From contig OZ252149.1 in assembly GCA_965248755.1 (NCBI GenBank), positions 3,991,540 to 4,055,539 of the forward strand: DNA of 64,000 bases, written 5' to 3'. Shown here one piece after another: positions 30,493 to 40,553 of the stretch (positions are counted from its first letter, which is position 1; the number at the start of each line of letters is the position of its first letter). The notes under the pieces are model-generated. The model searched no databases. It was not told the DNA's origin and saw nothing but the letters and a program-made list of their open reading frames with translations. The stretch comes from Candidatus Latescibacterota bacterium. GTDB lineage: Bacteria; Latescibacterota; CBDEFO01. The translations under genes were made by a program, and so were the position numbers.

Positions 30493-31731
30493 ATGGACAA
30501 AAGGAAAATTACTCTTATCTACTTTAGCGACTACTGGGACGAGCGATGGCGCCGCCGACAGCAGTTAGCTTACAGATTCGCTCAGCGGGAGGATGTACGA
30601 AAAGTTGTCTGTGTAGAATTCCCCTTACCGTTGACGTCGTTTGCTAAATACTTGGTCTACAAAGCTGACATTGAAGCGAGCGATCGTTGGGAGAGGGTCA
30701 CAGAATCAGGAATGGGACGTTCCATGCTTGACGGCAAGCTGGAAATACTAAGCCCTGTCTGTGCTTTTCCCTTTTTCAGGAGGACTCTTCTTTCGAGACT
30801 GGATAAGGCCTTTTTGAGGATATTGACAGAGGTATTGATAAGACGAGCGATAAGCGACATTGAGGACAAATCTTCGATCCTCTTCTGGGCAAGTCATCCT
30901 TTTGCCGCCGATTACATAGGGAAATTCAACGAAGCGATGATTTGCTACGACTGCACCGAGAAGTTTAGTGAGTTCGATTTTTGGGTGACCCTCAGAAAAG
31001 AAGTCGAAGAAAAGGATAGCCTGCTTACTCAGAGGGCCGATCAGATCTTTACACAGACCCAACCTCATCTTGTTGAGAAGAGGTCCGTTAATCCTAATGT
31101 ATTTTTGATCCCCAACGCCGTTGACTTCGACCTTTTCCAAAACAGCTTGGAGGCTCCAGAGCCATCAGACTTGAAGGGCATCAAGAGACCTATCTTGGGC
31201 TATGTGGGTAGCATCAACTCCCGTTTCGACTTTGAGCTTATTAGAAGGACAGCAAAAGTCTATAAAGATTGGTCGCTCGTCTTCATAGGCGATGCCAGTG
31301 AGAGTTCCGCAATAAAATCAGTAGAGGACTTAAAAAATATTTACTTTTTGGGTGAAAAGTCTTATAATATAGTACCGAGCTATCTGAAGGAGTTTAGTGT
31401 CTGTATGATGCCCTATATTAACCTTACTTGTTTGGGGAGCCCGACAAAGCTTTTCGATTATCTTGCCTCCGGGAAGCCTGTCGTCTCGACGGATATACCG
31501 GGCGTTCGGGACTTTTCGGATGTCGTATCCGTATCTAAAACCAAAGATGAGTTTACAAAGAATATAGGGATAGCCGCAGATGATAATGATCCGTTATCAG
31601 TCCTCCAGCGAAAAGAGCGCGCAAGAGAAAATTCGTGGGTTGTCAGGGAAAAACAGATATGGGACATTATTAAAAAGGGGTTATCTTCAGCGCTTCACAA
31701 GGAGATGACAGGGTGTCAAGTTACAGCGTAG
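30493..31731 (+). CDS. GT4-like glycosyltransferase (TuaH-like)
   Basis: RRQQLA, YDCTE, IPNAVDF, LGYVG, PTKLFDYLASGKPVV, ENSW; ATG 30493 preferred because the upstream extension is REP sequence. Confidence 0.87.
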   Translation: MDKRKITLIYFSDYWDERWRRRQQLAYRFAQREDVRKVVCVEFPLPLTSFAKYLVYKADIEASDRWERVTESGMGRSMLDGKLEILSPVCAFPFFRRTLLSRLDKAFLRILTEVLIRRAISDIEDKSSILFWASHPFAADYIGKFNEAMICYDCTEKFSEFDFWVTLRKEVEEKDSLLTQRADQIFTQTQPHLVEKRSVNPNVFLIPNAVDFDLFQNSLEAPEPSDLKGIKRPILGYVGSINSRFDFELIRRTAKVYKDWSLVFIGDASESSAIKSVEDLKNIYFLGEKSYNIVPSYLKEFSVCMMPYINLTCLGSPTKLFDYLASGKPVVSTDIPGVRDFSDVVSVSKTKDEFTKNIGIAADDNDPLSVLQRKERARENSWVVREKQIWDIIKKGLSSALHKEMTGCQVTA

Positions 31732-34135
31732 TTACATACCGCTCCCCTTGACAGAGCGACAAATATTTCGCAAATTGGGGTTTGAGAAGGGAGGTCAAGG
31801 TGTCGAGCCCCGAAGTGAAAGATGGTAAGCGCTGGACGGCGACCCGTAAGGGAGAGATTGTGTTGGCTCTTTTGAGAGGAGCAGATCTATCTGAGGTGTG
31901 TCGTAAGAATGGAATTAGCCAGTCGCAGGCGTATGCTTGGCGTGATAGTTTCTTAGAAGGGGGCCAGGAGAGTCTGAAGTCTCGGCGTGGTCGCAAGGAT
32001 CCGAAGGAGCGAGAGGTTAGCCGGTTGGAGCGCAAGGTAGGGCAGTTGACGCTCCAGTTGGAGATACTCGAAGAGGTAGCCCGTCTAAAAAAAACGAAGC
32101 GGTTGCCTTGAGTGGGCGGTTTTTGGGTCGAGGCTATTCCCGCAAGGTGGTAGCTTTGGCTTTGGGTTTGCATCGTTCGACTCTGTATAGGTTTAGGGAT
32201 AGAGGTGTCAGTTCTTCTGTTAAAGAGCCTGTGATAGATGAGGAGCTTGCTTTTCGTATTCGAGGGATACTGGACCAAGAAGAGGCATTTGGTCACAGGC
32301 GGGTTTGGGCGCATCTTCGTTTCAAGGAAGGGGAATGTGTCAACGTTAAGAAGGTTCATAGGATAATGAAGCTTAAGGGGTGGCAGTGTAAGCTGTGGAA
32401 TCGTCCCGGGAGAAAGGGGCCACAGGTTGCCCAGAAGCGTTCTGTGGTGGATAGTCCCGACAGTTTGTGGTCGAGTGACTTGACAAAGATTTACTGTGGA
32501 AAAGATGGTTGGTGTCCTCTTATTGCGGTGGTGGACAACGGAAGCCGGGAGGTTCCTGGGTATCGTTTTAGTCGAAAAGGGAGGGCACTGGAGGCCACAG
32601 ATGCCCTGGATCGGGCCGTGATCTCTCGATACACTTCCAAGGAGGCTGTCCCCCAGGGTCTCACTTTGCGCTCTGACAATGGTTCCATCTTTTTGGCTCG
32701 GGCCTATTTGGCCAGTACCGAATATTGGGGAATTCGTCAGGAATACATACCAAGTGGTAAACCCGATTGGAACGGTGTTGTAGAGCGTTTTTTCAGGACC
32801 CTCAAGCAAGAGTGTGTTTGGCTTCACAAGTTTGAATCCTTTGAACAGGCTGAGAAGATCATATCTCAGTGGATCGATAATTACAACAAGAACAGGCTTC
32901 ATTCATCCCTGGGATATAAGACCCCAAAAGAGTGGAGAAAACAATTTTATCTACTACCCCAGGTTGCTTAATTGGTGTCGCTTTCCTGGGAAGCAGTACA
33001 GTTATGTTTGTCAGCAGTCTATTATCTCTGACGACAGGTGGCATGATATATCATGTTGAGGTGTATAAATTCCTGAAACGGAGTGGAGTATCGGTCAACG
33101 TAATCAATTTAGAGGAAATGCCGATCCTCATTAAAAGATGTCCTCTATTTTTGAACTTGATTCTTACCAATTACTGGTTTATCCAGAAACTCCTGTCGCT
33201 AAAACTGGATCGAAGAAGAAAGGTCATCCTATTTGAAGATTACCACTTTCATCCGAGATTATTTCTATTCAATCTGTTTGTAAAGGCTATTTTCAGAAGA
33301 GTAAGTGTCGTAACTATAGTGAATCTATCTTTATTCTATCATTCTGCTTTGCGATTCAGCGTGGCTAGGAAGATAGATGAATTTATTATCAAGGTATTCC
33401 TCAACCAGTTAAATAAGATATTAGTCGTCAGCGATAGCACGGAAACCGAAGTGCTGGTCACAGGGGATTAAACCGTCTAAGGTTGAGAGGATCTACAACC
33501 AGATCCACAACCATTACGACGATATGTCCTCAGGAAACATCAGTGAAAAGACAGAATGTGCACAGTACGGGAAGACGAACCTTCTCTTTGTGGGAAGATG
33601 CCATGTTGATAAGGGAATCGAGTATCTGTTGGAGGCAGTCGCTCTGCTCGGAGATAATGTTGTCTTGAATATTGTGGGTGCCACCGATCACGATCCGAAT
33701 TACTACAGGAAACTAACTGAAATCATACAAAAACGCAATATAAAGGAGAAGGTCTTTTTCCACGGATATGTAGATGATAAAAATAAGCTGAAGCAATTTC
33801 ACGAGAGAGCTGATATCTTTGTCTTACCGTCAATTATCGAAGGATTCGGTATTGTTCTTTTGGAAGCGATGTCCGCTGGTCTTCCCATAGTCGCTACAAA
33901 TGTGGGCGCTATTCCAGAGTTGGTAAAAGACGGGTACAACGGTATCCTTGTGCCTCCAAGGGATATGCCCTCTCTGGCGAAAGCTATAGATTCCCTGATA
34001 AGATCTCCTTCTATGAGAAGGAAATACAGTATCAATGGGTTCAAATACTACCAAAGCGTTCGGGATATTCATTCCTGGGATAACCACTTAAGGACAATAC
34101 GCGACATTTTCAACCGATTGGCTGATGCGGTTTAA
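31713..34135 (+). pseudogene. GT4 glycosyltransferase disrupted by IS3 copy 3 at codon 7-8 and a +1 frameshift in GGGG 33463-33466
   Basis: GTG after AGGAG; VSSYSVV|IS|MFVSSLLSLTTGG..; later LLFVGR..KG, EGFGIVLLEAMSAGLPIVAT. Confidence 0.8.
31735..33000 (+). mobile_element. IS3-family element copy 3 (1266 bp), 4-bp TSD GTTA; orfA 31782-32111, orfB 32108-32971
   Basis: GTTA|CATACCGCTCCCC...GGGAAGCAGTACA|GTTA; A8 run before the orfA stop, with orfB in the -1 frame. Confidence 0.95.
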
Positions 34136-34163
34136 GAGGAAGGTAGACATAGCAATTGCTGAT

Positions 34164-34197
34164 TGAACTGCCCCCGCTCACGAGCGAGGGTAATTCA
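34164..34197. repeat. Isolated intergenic GC-rich hairpin
   Basis: TGAACTGCCC-c-CGCTC-ac-GAGCG-a-GGGTAATTCA; no T-tract. Confidence 0.55.
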
Positions 34198-34227
34198 CTA
34201 GAATTTAATCTAAAGGAGGGAATCACG

Positions 34228-34443
34228 ATGAGATATTTTACACTCTCGATAAGGACACTTACTGTTCTTGCCTTGTTTTATTTAATTTTCCCTGATAAAG
34301 CGTATGCCTATATGGATATGGGGACCCTCAGCTATGTTCTTCAGGTGCTCGTAGCTGCTTTAATTGGGGCATTGGTGACAACTAGGGTGGTATGGTATAA
34401 GATTAGAAGCTTCTTCAAGAACTTATTATCCAGCCACAAATAA
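34228..34443 (+). CDS. Small membrane protein of the AYxDxGT type
   Basis: AAGGAGG RBS; signal-like N-terminus, KAYAYMDMGTLSYVLQVLVAALIG TM, basic amphipathic tail. Confidence 0.75.
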   Translation: MRYFTLSIRTLTVLALFYLIFPDKAYAYMDMGTLSYVLQVLVAALIGALVTTRVVWYKIRSFFKNLLSSHK

Positions 34444-34556
34444 ACTAAAGACTAGTGGAAATATCCTAAGCTAATTTCGAAATGTCTATGAGAGGTTTTA
34501 GTTTTTGCAATGTTTGATCTTGTCGCCAATCGGCACGACCTGTATGACAGCTAGAA

Positions 34557-35705
34557 ATGCCAGTGTTGTCACACTTTCGTAGGGAAATCGCGGACTTTTA
34601 CCGTTTCTTTCGGGAAATTCCTAAAGCAGAAAGGTCGATAGTTTTCTATGCCGAGCACAAAGGCTACTATCCCAGCTTCGAAGGACTCATAGAAGAGTTG
34701 GTTGGTAAGTACGAGCAGACTTTGTGCTACATCACCTCGGACCCAGATGATCCGATTCTGGAAACATCGGAGCCGAGAATAAGGACCTTTTATCTGAACA
34801 AGTTACTGCCTTTCTTTATGGTATTTGTCAATTGCAAGGTATTTGTCATGACATTGACCGACTTCAATCAATCCTACCTTAAGCGCTCGATCAATCCAGT
34901 GCACTATGTTTATGTATTCCACGCCCTGGTCAGCACTCATATGATGTATCGATATGGTGCTTTTGACCATTATGATTCCATTTTATGTGTGGGTCCACAT
35001 CATGTCAGGGAAATTCGCAAGCGCGAAGAACTCAATAATCTTCCTCCCAAAAGGCTTGTGGAGGCGGGCTATTATCGACTGGAGCGAATTTACAGGGAAT
35101 ATCAAAAGTATCCCGGAAAGAGACTTTCCTCAGGTGATAAACGAACTGTCCTGATTGCACCTTCCTGGGGAACTGATAACGTTCTGGAGTCTTGCGGTGA
35201 GCGTCTTGCCGATATTCTTTTGGAAGCAGGTTACGAGGTGATTGTCCGCCCTCACCCTGAGACTGTACGACGTTCTCCTGAACTCATGGCTTTGTTTGCT
35301 TCTAAATTCGGCCATAATCCGAATTTCACTTTGGAGAGGTCTGTTGCCACCGATGACTCATTGCTGCGGGCTGATGTCCTGATATGTGACTGTTCGGGGA
35401 TTGCCCTTGAATACGCTTTTGGCACCGAGAGGCCGGTCTTATTCTTGGATGTTCCCGTCAAGATCCAAAATCAAAGATTTGAAGAATTGGGAATTGAACC
35501 GTTGGAGATGCCTCTCCGACCAGAGATCGGCGTGATTGTTTCTCGGGAGAGGTTAGATACCGTTCCTGGAGTTATCTCGAACTTAGTGGCGAATAGTGGA
35601 GCGTACAAAAAACGTATAGTCGAGTTGAGAGATCAGAACGTCTATGCCTTTGGACGCTCCTCGCAGATTGGCGCTCAATACATCATCGATCTTGTCAATG
35701 AGTAA
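34557..35705 (+). CDS. CDP-glycerol:glycerophosphotransferase (TagB/TagF) family protein
   Basis: YVFHA, AGYYRLE, LIAPSWG, VRPHP, ADVLICDCSGIALEYAF..RPVLF. Confidence 0.8.
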   Translation: MPVLSHFRREIADFYRFFREIPKAERSIVFYAEHKGYYPSFEGLIEELVGKYEQTLCYITSDPDDPILETSEPRIRTFYLNKLLPFFMVFVNCKVFVMTLTDFNQSYLKRSINPVHYVYVFHALVSTHMMYRYGAFDHYDSILCVGPHHVREIRKREELNNLPPKRLVEAGYYRLERIYREYQKYPGKRLSSGDKRTVLIAPSWGTDNVLESCGERLADILLEAGYEVIVRPHPETVRRSPELMALFASKFGHNPNFTLERSVATDDSLLRADVLICDCSGIALEYAFGTERPVLFLDVPVKIQNQRFEELGIEPLEMPLRPEIGVIVSRERLDTVPGVISNLVANSGAYKKRIVELRDQNVYAFGRSSQIGAQYIIDLVNE

Positions 35706-35800
35706 GATGCTTATTGCAGAATAGGGCGTCGAAAGCCGCGTGATAAGAGTCTTGCTTCGGCTGTAGCTGGGACTGGCCTAATCATAAAGGAATTCGACAC

Positions 35801-37408
35801 ATGACTAAAGCCAAGAAGTTTCGCCAATTATTGCAGTCAAAGGACCTCGAGTTTATCTGCGAGGCCCACAACGGACTGAGCGCCAAGATTGTTGAGGAGG
35901 CGGGTTTTAAGGCCGTGTGGGGTAGTGGCCTGACGATGTCCGCAGCAATAGGTGTTCGTGATAGTAATGAAGCCAGTTGGACGCAGGTTCTGGAAATAGT
36001 TGAATTCATAAGTGATGCTACGTCGATACCCTTATTGCTGGATGCCGATACGGGTTACGGGAACTTCAACAACGTGCGCCGACTGGTAGGAAAGCTGGAA
36101 CAACGAGACGTTGCTGCTGTATGTATCGAAGATAAGCTATTCCCCAAGAAGAACAGTTATATTCAAGGTGAACGTCAACCTTTAGCCGATATTGAGGAGT
36201 TTTCCGGCAAGGTTAAGGCAGCAAAAGATACCCAGAACGATCCGGATTTCTCTGTTATTGCGCGTGTTGAAGCTTTCATTGCAGGTTGGGGACTCGGCGA
36301 TGCACTCAGACGTGCGGATGCTTACCATAAAGCAGGTGCGGATGCGATCTTGATCCACAGCAAACTTTCTAGGCCTGATGAGGTCATGGCCTTTAAGAAC
36401 GAATGGGGCGACCGTTGTCCCGTTGTCATCGTTCCCACCACATACTATAGGACGCATACCGATGTCTTTCGCGAGGCCGGTTTTAGCGTAGTAATTTGGG
36501 CAAATATGATCTTGCGAAGTGCAATTGAGGCTATGAAGGAAACCACGACACAGCTAAAGGAAGAAAAATCATTGGTCAATATTGAGGATGATATTGCTTC
36601 GGTGGCGGAGGTCTTTCGCTTGCAGGGCGCTGACGAACTCGAGATGGCCGAGAAGCTGTATCTTCCGGAAAGTAGTGGGGATACTCACGCCGTAATCTTA
36701 GCCGCATCTCAAGGTGTTGAACTCGGTGTCTTGACTAAGGATAAGCCGAAAACTTTGCTTGAAATTTCTGGGAAACCTCTCTTGTATAGACAGGTGGATA
36801 CGCTCAATGAGATCGGTATTAAGGATATTACGGTGGTGCGCGGATTTCATAAGGATAAGATCGATGCGTCCAATCTTCATTATGTCGATAACTATAACTA
36901 CGCCACGACTCAAGAGATTTTTTCGCTCTTTAAAGGTATTCAAGGTATTGAGGGGAAAACACTAATTTCATACGGAGATATTCTTTATAAAAAGTATATA
37001 CCAGCTCTACTTCTTGAAACGGAGGGAGATTTTGTGGCGGCTGTCGACTCTGATTGGAAGTCCAGCTACAACAAAGGTCGTTATGCAGATTTTGTTTCAT
37101 GCGATTGTTCAGATCGAAAAGAGCTATTTGATCAAAAGGTAATTTTGACTGGTTCGGGCAGTTCTATGCAGGAAGAGAATATCTGTGGTGAATGGATCGG
37201 TCTGCTCAAACTATCAGATCATGGTCTATCAGTTCTGCAGGAACTTTTGGGTAGTCTGTCTAAGGATAATAAACTCCATCAGATGCGAATGACTGAGTTA
37301 TTCAATGAACTCATTTCTAGAGATCACGAAATTCGGGTTGTGTATATTCATGGTCATTGGCTGGATGTGGATGACATTAAAGATATCAGTATCGCAAGCA
37401 TATTTTAA
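35801..37408 (+). CDS. pepM: Phosphoenolpyruvate mutase fused to a cytidylyltransferase domain
   Basis: [17 protein letters not shown], PepM signature [10 protein letters not shown]; C-terminal [25 protein letters not shown]. Confidence 0.95.
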   Translation: MTKAKKFRQLLQSKDLEFICEAHNGLSAKIVEEAGFKAVWGSGLTMSAAIGVRDSNEASWTQVLEIVEFISDATSIPLLLDADTGYGNFNNVRRLVGKLEQRDVAAVCIEDKLFPKKNSYIQGERQPLADIEEFSGKVKAAKDTQNDPDFSVIARVEAFIAGWGLGDALRRADAYHKAGADAILIHSKLSRPDEVMAFKNEWGDRCPVVIVPTTYYRTHTDVFREAGFSVVIWANMILRSAIEAMKETTTQLKEEKSLVNIEDDIASVAEVFRLQGADELEMAEKLYLPESSGDTHAVILAASQGVELGVLTKDKPKTLLEISGKPLLYRQVDTLNEIGIKDITVVRGFHKDKIDASNLHYVDNYNYATTQEIFSLFKGIQGIEGKTLISYGDILYKKYIPALLLETEGDFVAAVDSDWKSSYNKGRYADFVSCDCSDRKELFDQKVILTGSGSSMQEENICGEWIGLLKLSDHGLSVLQELLGSLSKDNKLHQMRMTELFNELISRDHEIRVVYIHGHWLDVDDIKDISIASIF

Positions 37409-37425
37409 TAAGGTTTGCCTGAATA

Positions 37426-38570
37426 ATGATCCAAGCGGAAGAATTTATAAAGCCAGCTTTGGGCAAAGGGTATAGTTTTTGGACGGGTGTCCCGTGCTCA
37501 TTTTTGACACCGTTTATTAACTATGTAATCCAAAGCCCAGATTTGACCTATGTTGGTGCCAGCAGTGAGGGTGAGGCGGTTGGAATTGCCATAGGTGCTC
37601 ACTTGACAGGCCAAAAAACAGTGGTAATTTGCCAAAACTCTGGGCTCGGCAATACGGTCAATCCGTTGACCAGTCTAAACTATCCGTTTTGCATTCCCAC
37701 TTTGCTAATCGTCACTCATCGTGGCGCGTCTGGACTAGAGGACGAACCCCAACACGCCCTTATGGGTCTGATCACAGAAGATATTCTAACCACCTTGCGA
37801 ATTCCGTGGAAGGTATTTCCCGATCGATCCGAAGATATCGAGGACGTAATCAGTGAGGCAGATGAGTACATGACTACGAAAGGCCTTCCATACGCTTTGA
37901 TCATGGAAAAGGGAACGGTTGCACCCTATCCGCTCAATGAAAAGACGACTTATAGACCATTTTTAGGAGTTGAACCCAAGGGAGAGTTTATTGTTGCAGA
38001 TGATAAAAGGATGCCACGACGCGATGCGATTAAGATCATCAAAAGTCTTCTTGTTAATGGTGAGTTAATGGTGGCTACGACAGGTAAGGTAGGGAGAGAG
38101 TTGTTTGCCCTGGGGCATTGTCCCAATCAGATTTATGTTGTTGGTGGTATGGGATGTGCCTCCGCAATTGGGTTGGGTCTCAGCTTGTGTCAAAAGGAAC
38201 GCAAGGTAGTTATCTTGATGGGGACGGTGCAGTTCTGATGAAGATGGGAGTGTTGGCCTCGATAGGGCACTATCATCCGGGAAACTTAATTCATATCATT
38301 TTGGATAATGAGGCTCACGAGTCTACAGGTGGGCAATCGACAGTTTCTGGAAGCATTGATTTTGCTCAAGTTGCATCGGCTTGTACTTACAATGCAATAT
38401 TTAGTTGTGACACTGAGGCTGCTTTGAAGGAAATGGTTAAGATTGCTCTTGATGTAGAAGGGCCAGTCACGATCCATATCAAAGTTGCAGTGGGGTCCGA
38501 TCCGAATTTGGGACGTCCGACTTTGACCCCGGTTCAAGTGAAAGAACAATTCATGAGGTTTATTGCCTAA
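37426..38570 (+). pseudogene. ppd: Phosphonopyruvate decarboxylase with a 1-nt deletion near 38214 (real lesion or sequence error)
   Basis: GVPCSFL, EGEAVGIA, QNSGLGN.VNPLTSL, DEPQH, GGMGCAS; the second frame carries DGDGAVLM..LDN..HESTGGQ. Confidence 0.88.
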
Positions 38571-39295
38571 TGAGTAAAATCAGCAAAGCCGTTATTGTGG
38601 CTGCAGGAATATCATCGCGACTTTACCCGTTAACCTTAAATCTACCTAAGGTCTTACTAGAAGTTGCAGGTGAGACGATAGTGGGACGGTCTGTGCGGTT
38701 ATTGGGTGAAAATGGTATTAAAGAGATCTTGATAGTCGTAGGGTGTCAAAAGGATTTGATTCAAAAGGCTTTGGAACCATTCGTAGCGGACGTTCCACAT
38801 ATTCACTACCAATTTAATCCGTTTTTCGCTGAAACCAACAATATGGGCTCATTATGGTTTGCTAAAGAATGGGTAAAAGATCATTCATTTCTATATCTAC
38901 ATGGTGACCTTGTTTACGATCCTGAATTGCTGCGTTCATTCATGAGTGGAACTTATGCAGACTCGGCATTGTTGGTAGATTGTGGGTCCACTGATGAGGA
39001 AGCGATGAAGGTTCGAGTTAAAGATGGACGTTTTATTGAATCGAGTAAGGATATCCCGCTCGATGAAGCATTCGGGGAATGGATTGGAATGATCATATTC
39101 ACTCGCCCACAGGTGTTATTTGATAAGATAGAGATCCTTTTGGAGCAAAAGAATTTCCAAGGTTACGATACATTGGCCTTTACCGAAATGGCTGGTGAAG
39201 GTACTTGCTTTTCCGTAGTCCCAACCTGTGGTCGTCCTTGGATCGAGATAGATTTTGAATCAGAGCTGGATCAAGGGAGACAATTGTTCCGATGA
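38570..39295 (+). CDS. LicC/PntC-like NTP (cytidylyl) transferase
   Basis: AVIVAAGISSRLYPLT..PK, NP..TNNMGSLW, HGD, GEWIG, WIEIDF. Confidence 0.87.
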   Translation: MSKISKAVIVAAGISSRLYPLTLNLPKVLLEVAGETIVGRSVRLLGENGIKEILIVVGCQKDLIQKALEPFVADVPHIHYQFNPFFAETNNMGSLWFAKEWVKDHSFLYLHGDLVYDPELLRSFMSGTYADSALLVDCGSTDEEAMKVRVKDGRFIESSKDIPLDEAFGEWIGMIIFTRPQVLFDKIEILLEQKNFQGYDTLAFTEMAGEGTCFSVVPTCGRPWIEIDFESELDQGRQLFR

Positions 39296-40440
39296 TCCAA
39301 GGCTACTCGAATCCTGTAAAGATAAGAATCGGGCGCGGTTCACTGAGAGAGCTTTCAGAACTCTTGGCGAATCGAACCGCCCTTTTGGTAACGACACCGG
39401 GCATGGTAAAAAGAGGTGTTGCTTCTAGGATACAGGAGTTATGCAAGGATAAGCTCTTGCACGTTACTGCCGAAGTTACACCTAATCCGACAATTGCGTC
39501 GATCAATAGATGCTTTCGTGAGGTGAAAAACTATAATTATGATGTAATAATTGGCTTGGGTGGAGGAAGCGTACTAGACACAGCAAAGGGAGTTTCCCTA
39601 CTCTCCAGCTGTTCAGTGGATCAGGATTGGCTTGATGCCCATTTACGTCATAATAAGGAGAAGTCTGAGGTTCACGTATCAAAGCCGATTATAGCTATAC
39701 CGACGACCTCCGGAACCGGTTCAGAAGTAACACAATGGGCAACTGTCTGGGATGATGTATCAGGAACTAAATATTCACTTTCTGATGAAGGATTATATCC
39801 GGAATGGGCCTTTCTTGATTCAGAGTTAACAGATTCATTGCCTTATGAAACTACACTCTTTACCGCTCTTGATGCATTATCTCAGGCTATGGAAGCAATT
39901 TGGAACAAAAATGCCAACCCGGTTTCTGATGTGTTGGCTGCAAAAGCAATTGCTATCTCAATATCTGTTTTGGTTGATGATTTTAAGGAGAAATATACTC
40001 AGCAAGAGATGCGCGAAAAGCTACAACAAGCAAGTCTGTTGACAGGATTAGCCTTTAGTAATACTAAGACTGCCTTGGCACATTCTATTTCTTATCCACT
40101 TACATCTAAGTTAAAAGTACCCCATGGCCTAGCGTGTAGCTTTACTCTACCTGAAATTATGCGAATTAATTACAAGCAAGACAAGCAAAGAGTGGGAATT
40201 GTCATTCAAGCCCTTGGGTGTTCTTTACTGGATGAAGCAGTAGAAGCACTATATAAAGCATTTGTGAATGTAGGCATACCGGAATATCTTCAGCAGTTTA
40301 TTGTGGATATATCTGATGTGACTACATTAGATGCTGAGTTTATAGCACCAGGCCGGGCAGAGAACAACATTACTCATGTCTCACAAAGTGATGCCATAGA
40401 GATTTTGCGATCAGCATTATCACTCTTAACGATCAATTGA
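39292..40440 (+). CDS. Iron-containing alcohol dehydrogenase, probable phosphonoacetaldehyde reductase (PhpC/FomC-like)
   Basis: NP..I..GRG, PNPT, GLGGGSVLDTAK, IPTTSGTGSEVT.WATVWD, AFSNTKTALAHSISY, PHG; follows pepM/ppd. Confidence 0.87.
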   Translation: MIQGYSNPVKIRIGRGSLRELSELLANRTALLVTTPGMVKRGVASRIQELCKDKLLHVTAEVTPNPTIASINRCFREVKNYNYDVIIGLGGGSVLDTAKGVSLLSSCSVDQDWLDAHLRHNKEKSEVHVSKPIIAIPTTSGTGSEVTQWATVWDDVSGTKYSLSDEGLYPEWAFLDSELTDSLPYETTLFTALDALSQAMEAIWNKNANPVSDVLAAKAIAISISVLVDDFKEKYTQQEMREKLQQASLLTGLAFSNTKTALAHSISYPLTSKLKVPHGLACSFTLPEIMRINYKQDKQRVGIVIQALGCSLLDEAVEALYKAFVNVGIPEYLQQFIVDISDVTTLDAEFIAPGRAENNITHVSQSDAIEILRSALSLLTIN

Positions 40441-40553
40441 AATATGCCTGATGAAACAGATTTCAACATAGGAATCCACAAAGCGTTTAAAAACAAAAGG
40501 GTGATTTACTCACGGACGCCTTGCAATTCCAGCTTTATAGAAATTAAAAACAG

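Noticed and set aside
35721-35785. Possible structured RNA before pepM (GAAA- and UUCG-like loops)
   Set aside because: The stems are short and imperfect, with no family match I can support.
35801-40440. Phosphonate antibiotic or methylphosphonate pathway
   Set aside because: No HEPD/MpnS dioxygenase, radical-SAM methyltransferase, ATP-grasp or NRPS gene; the neighbours indicate glycan decoration.
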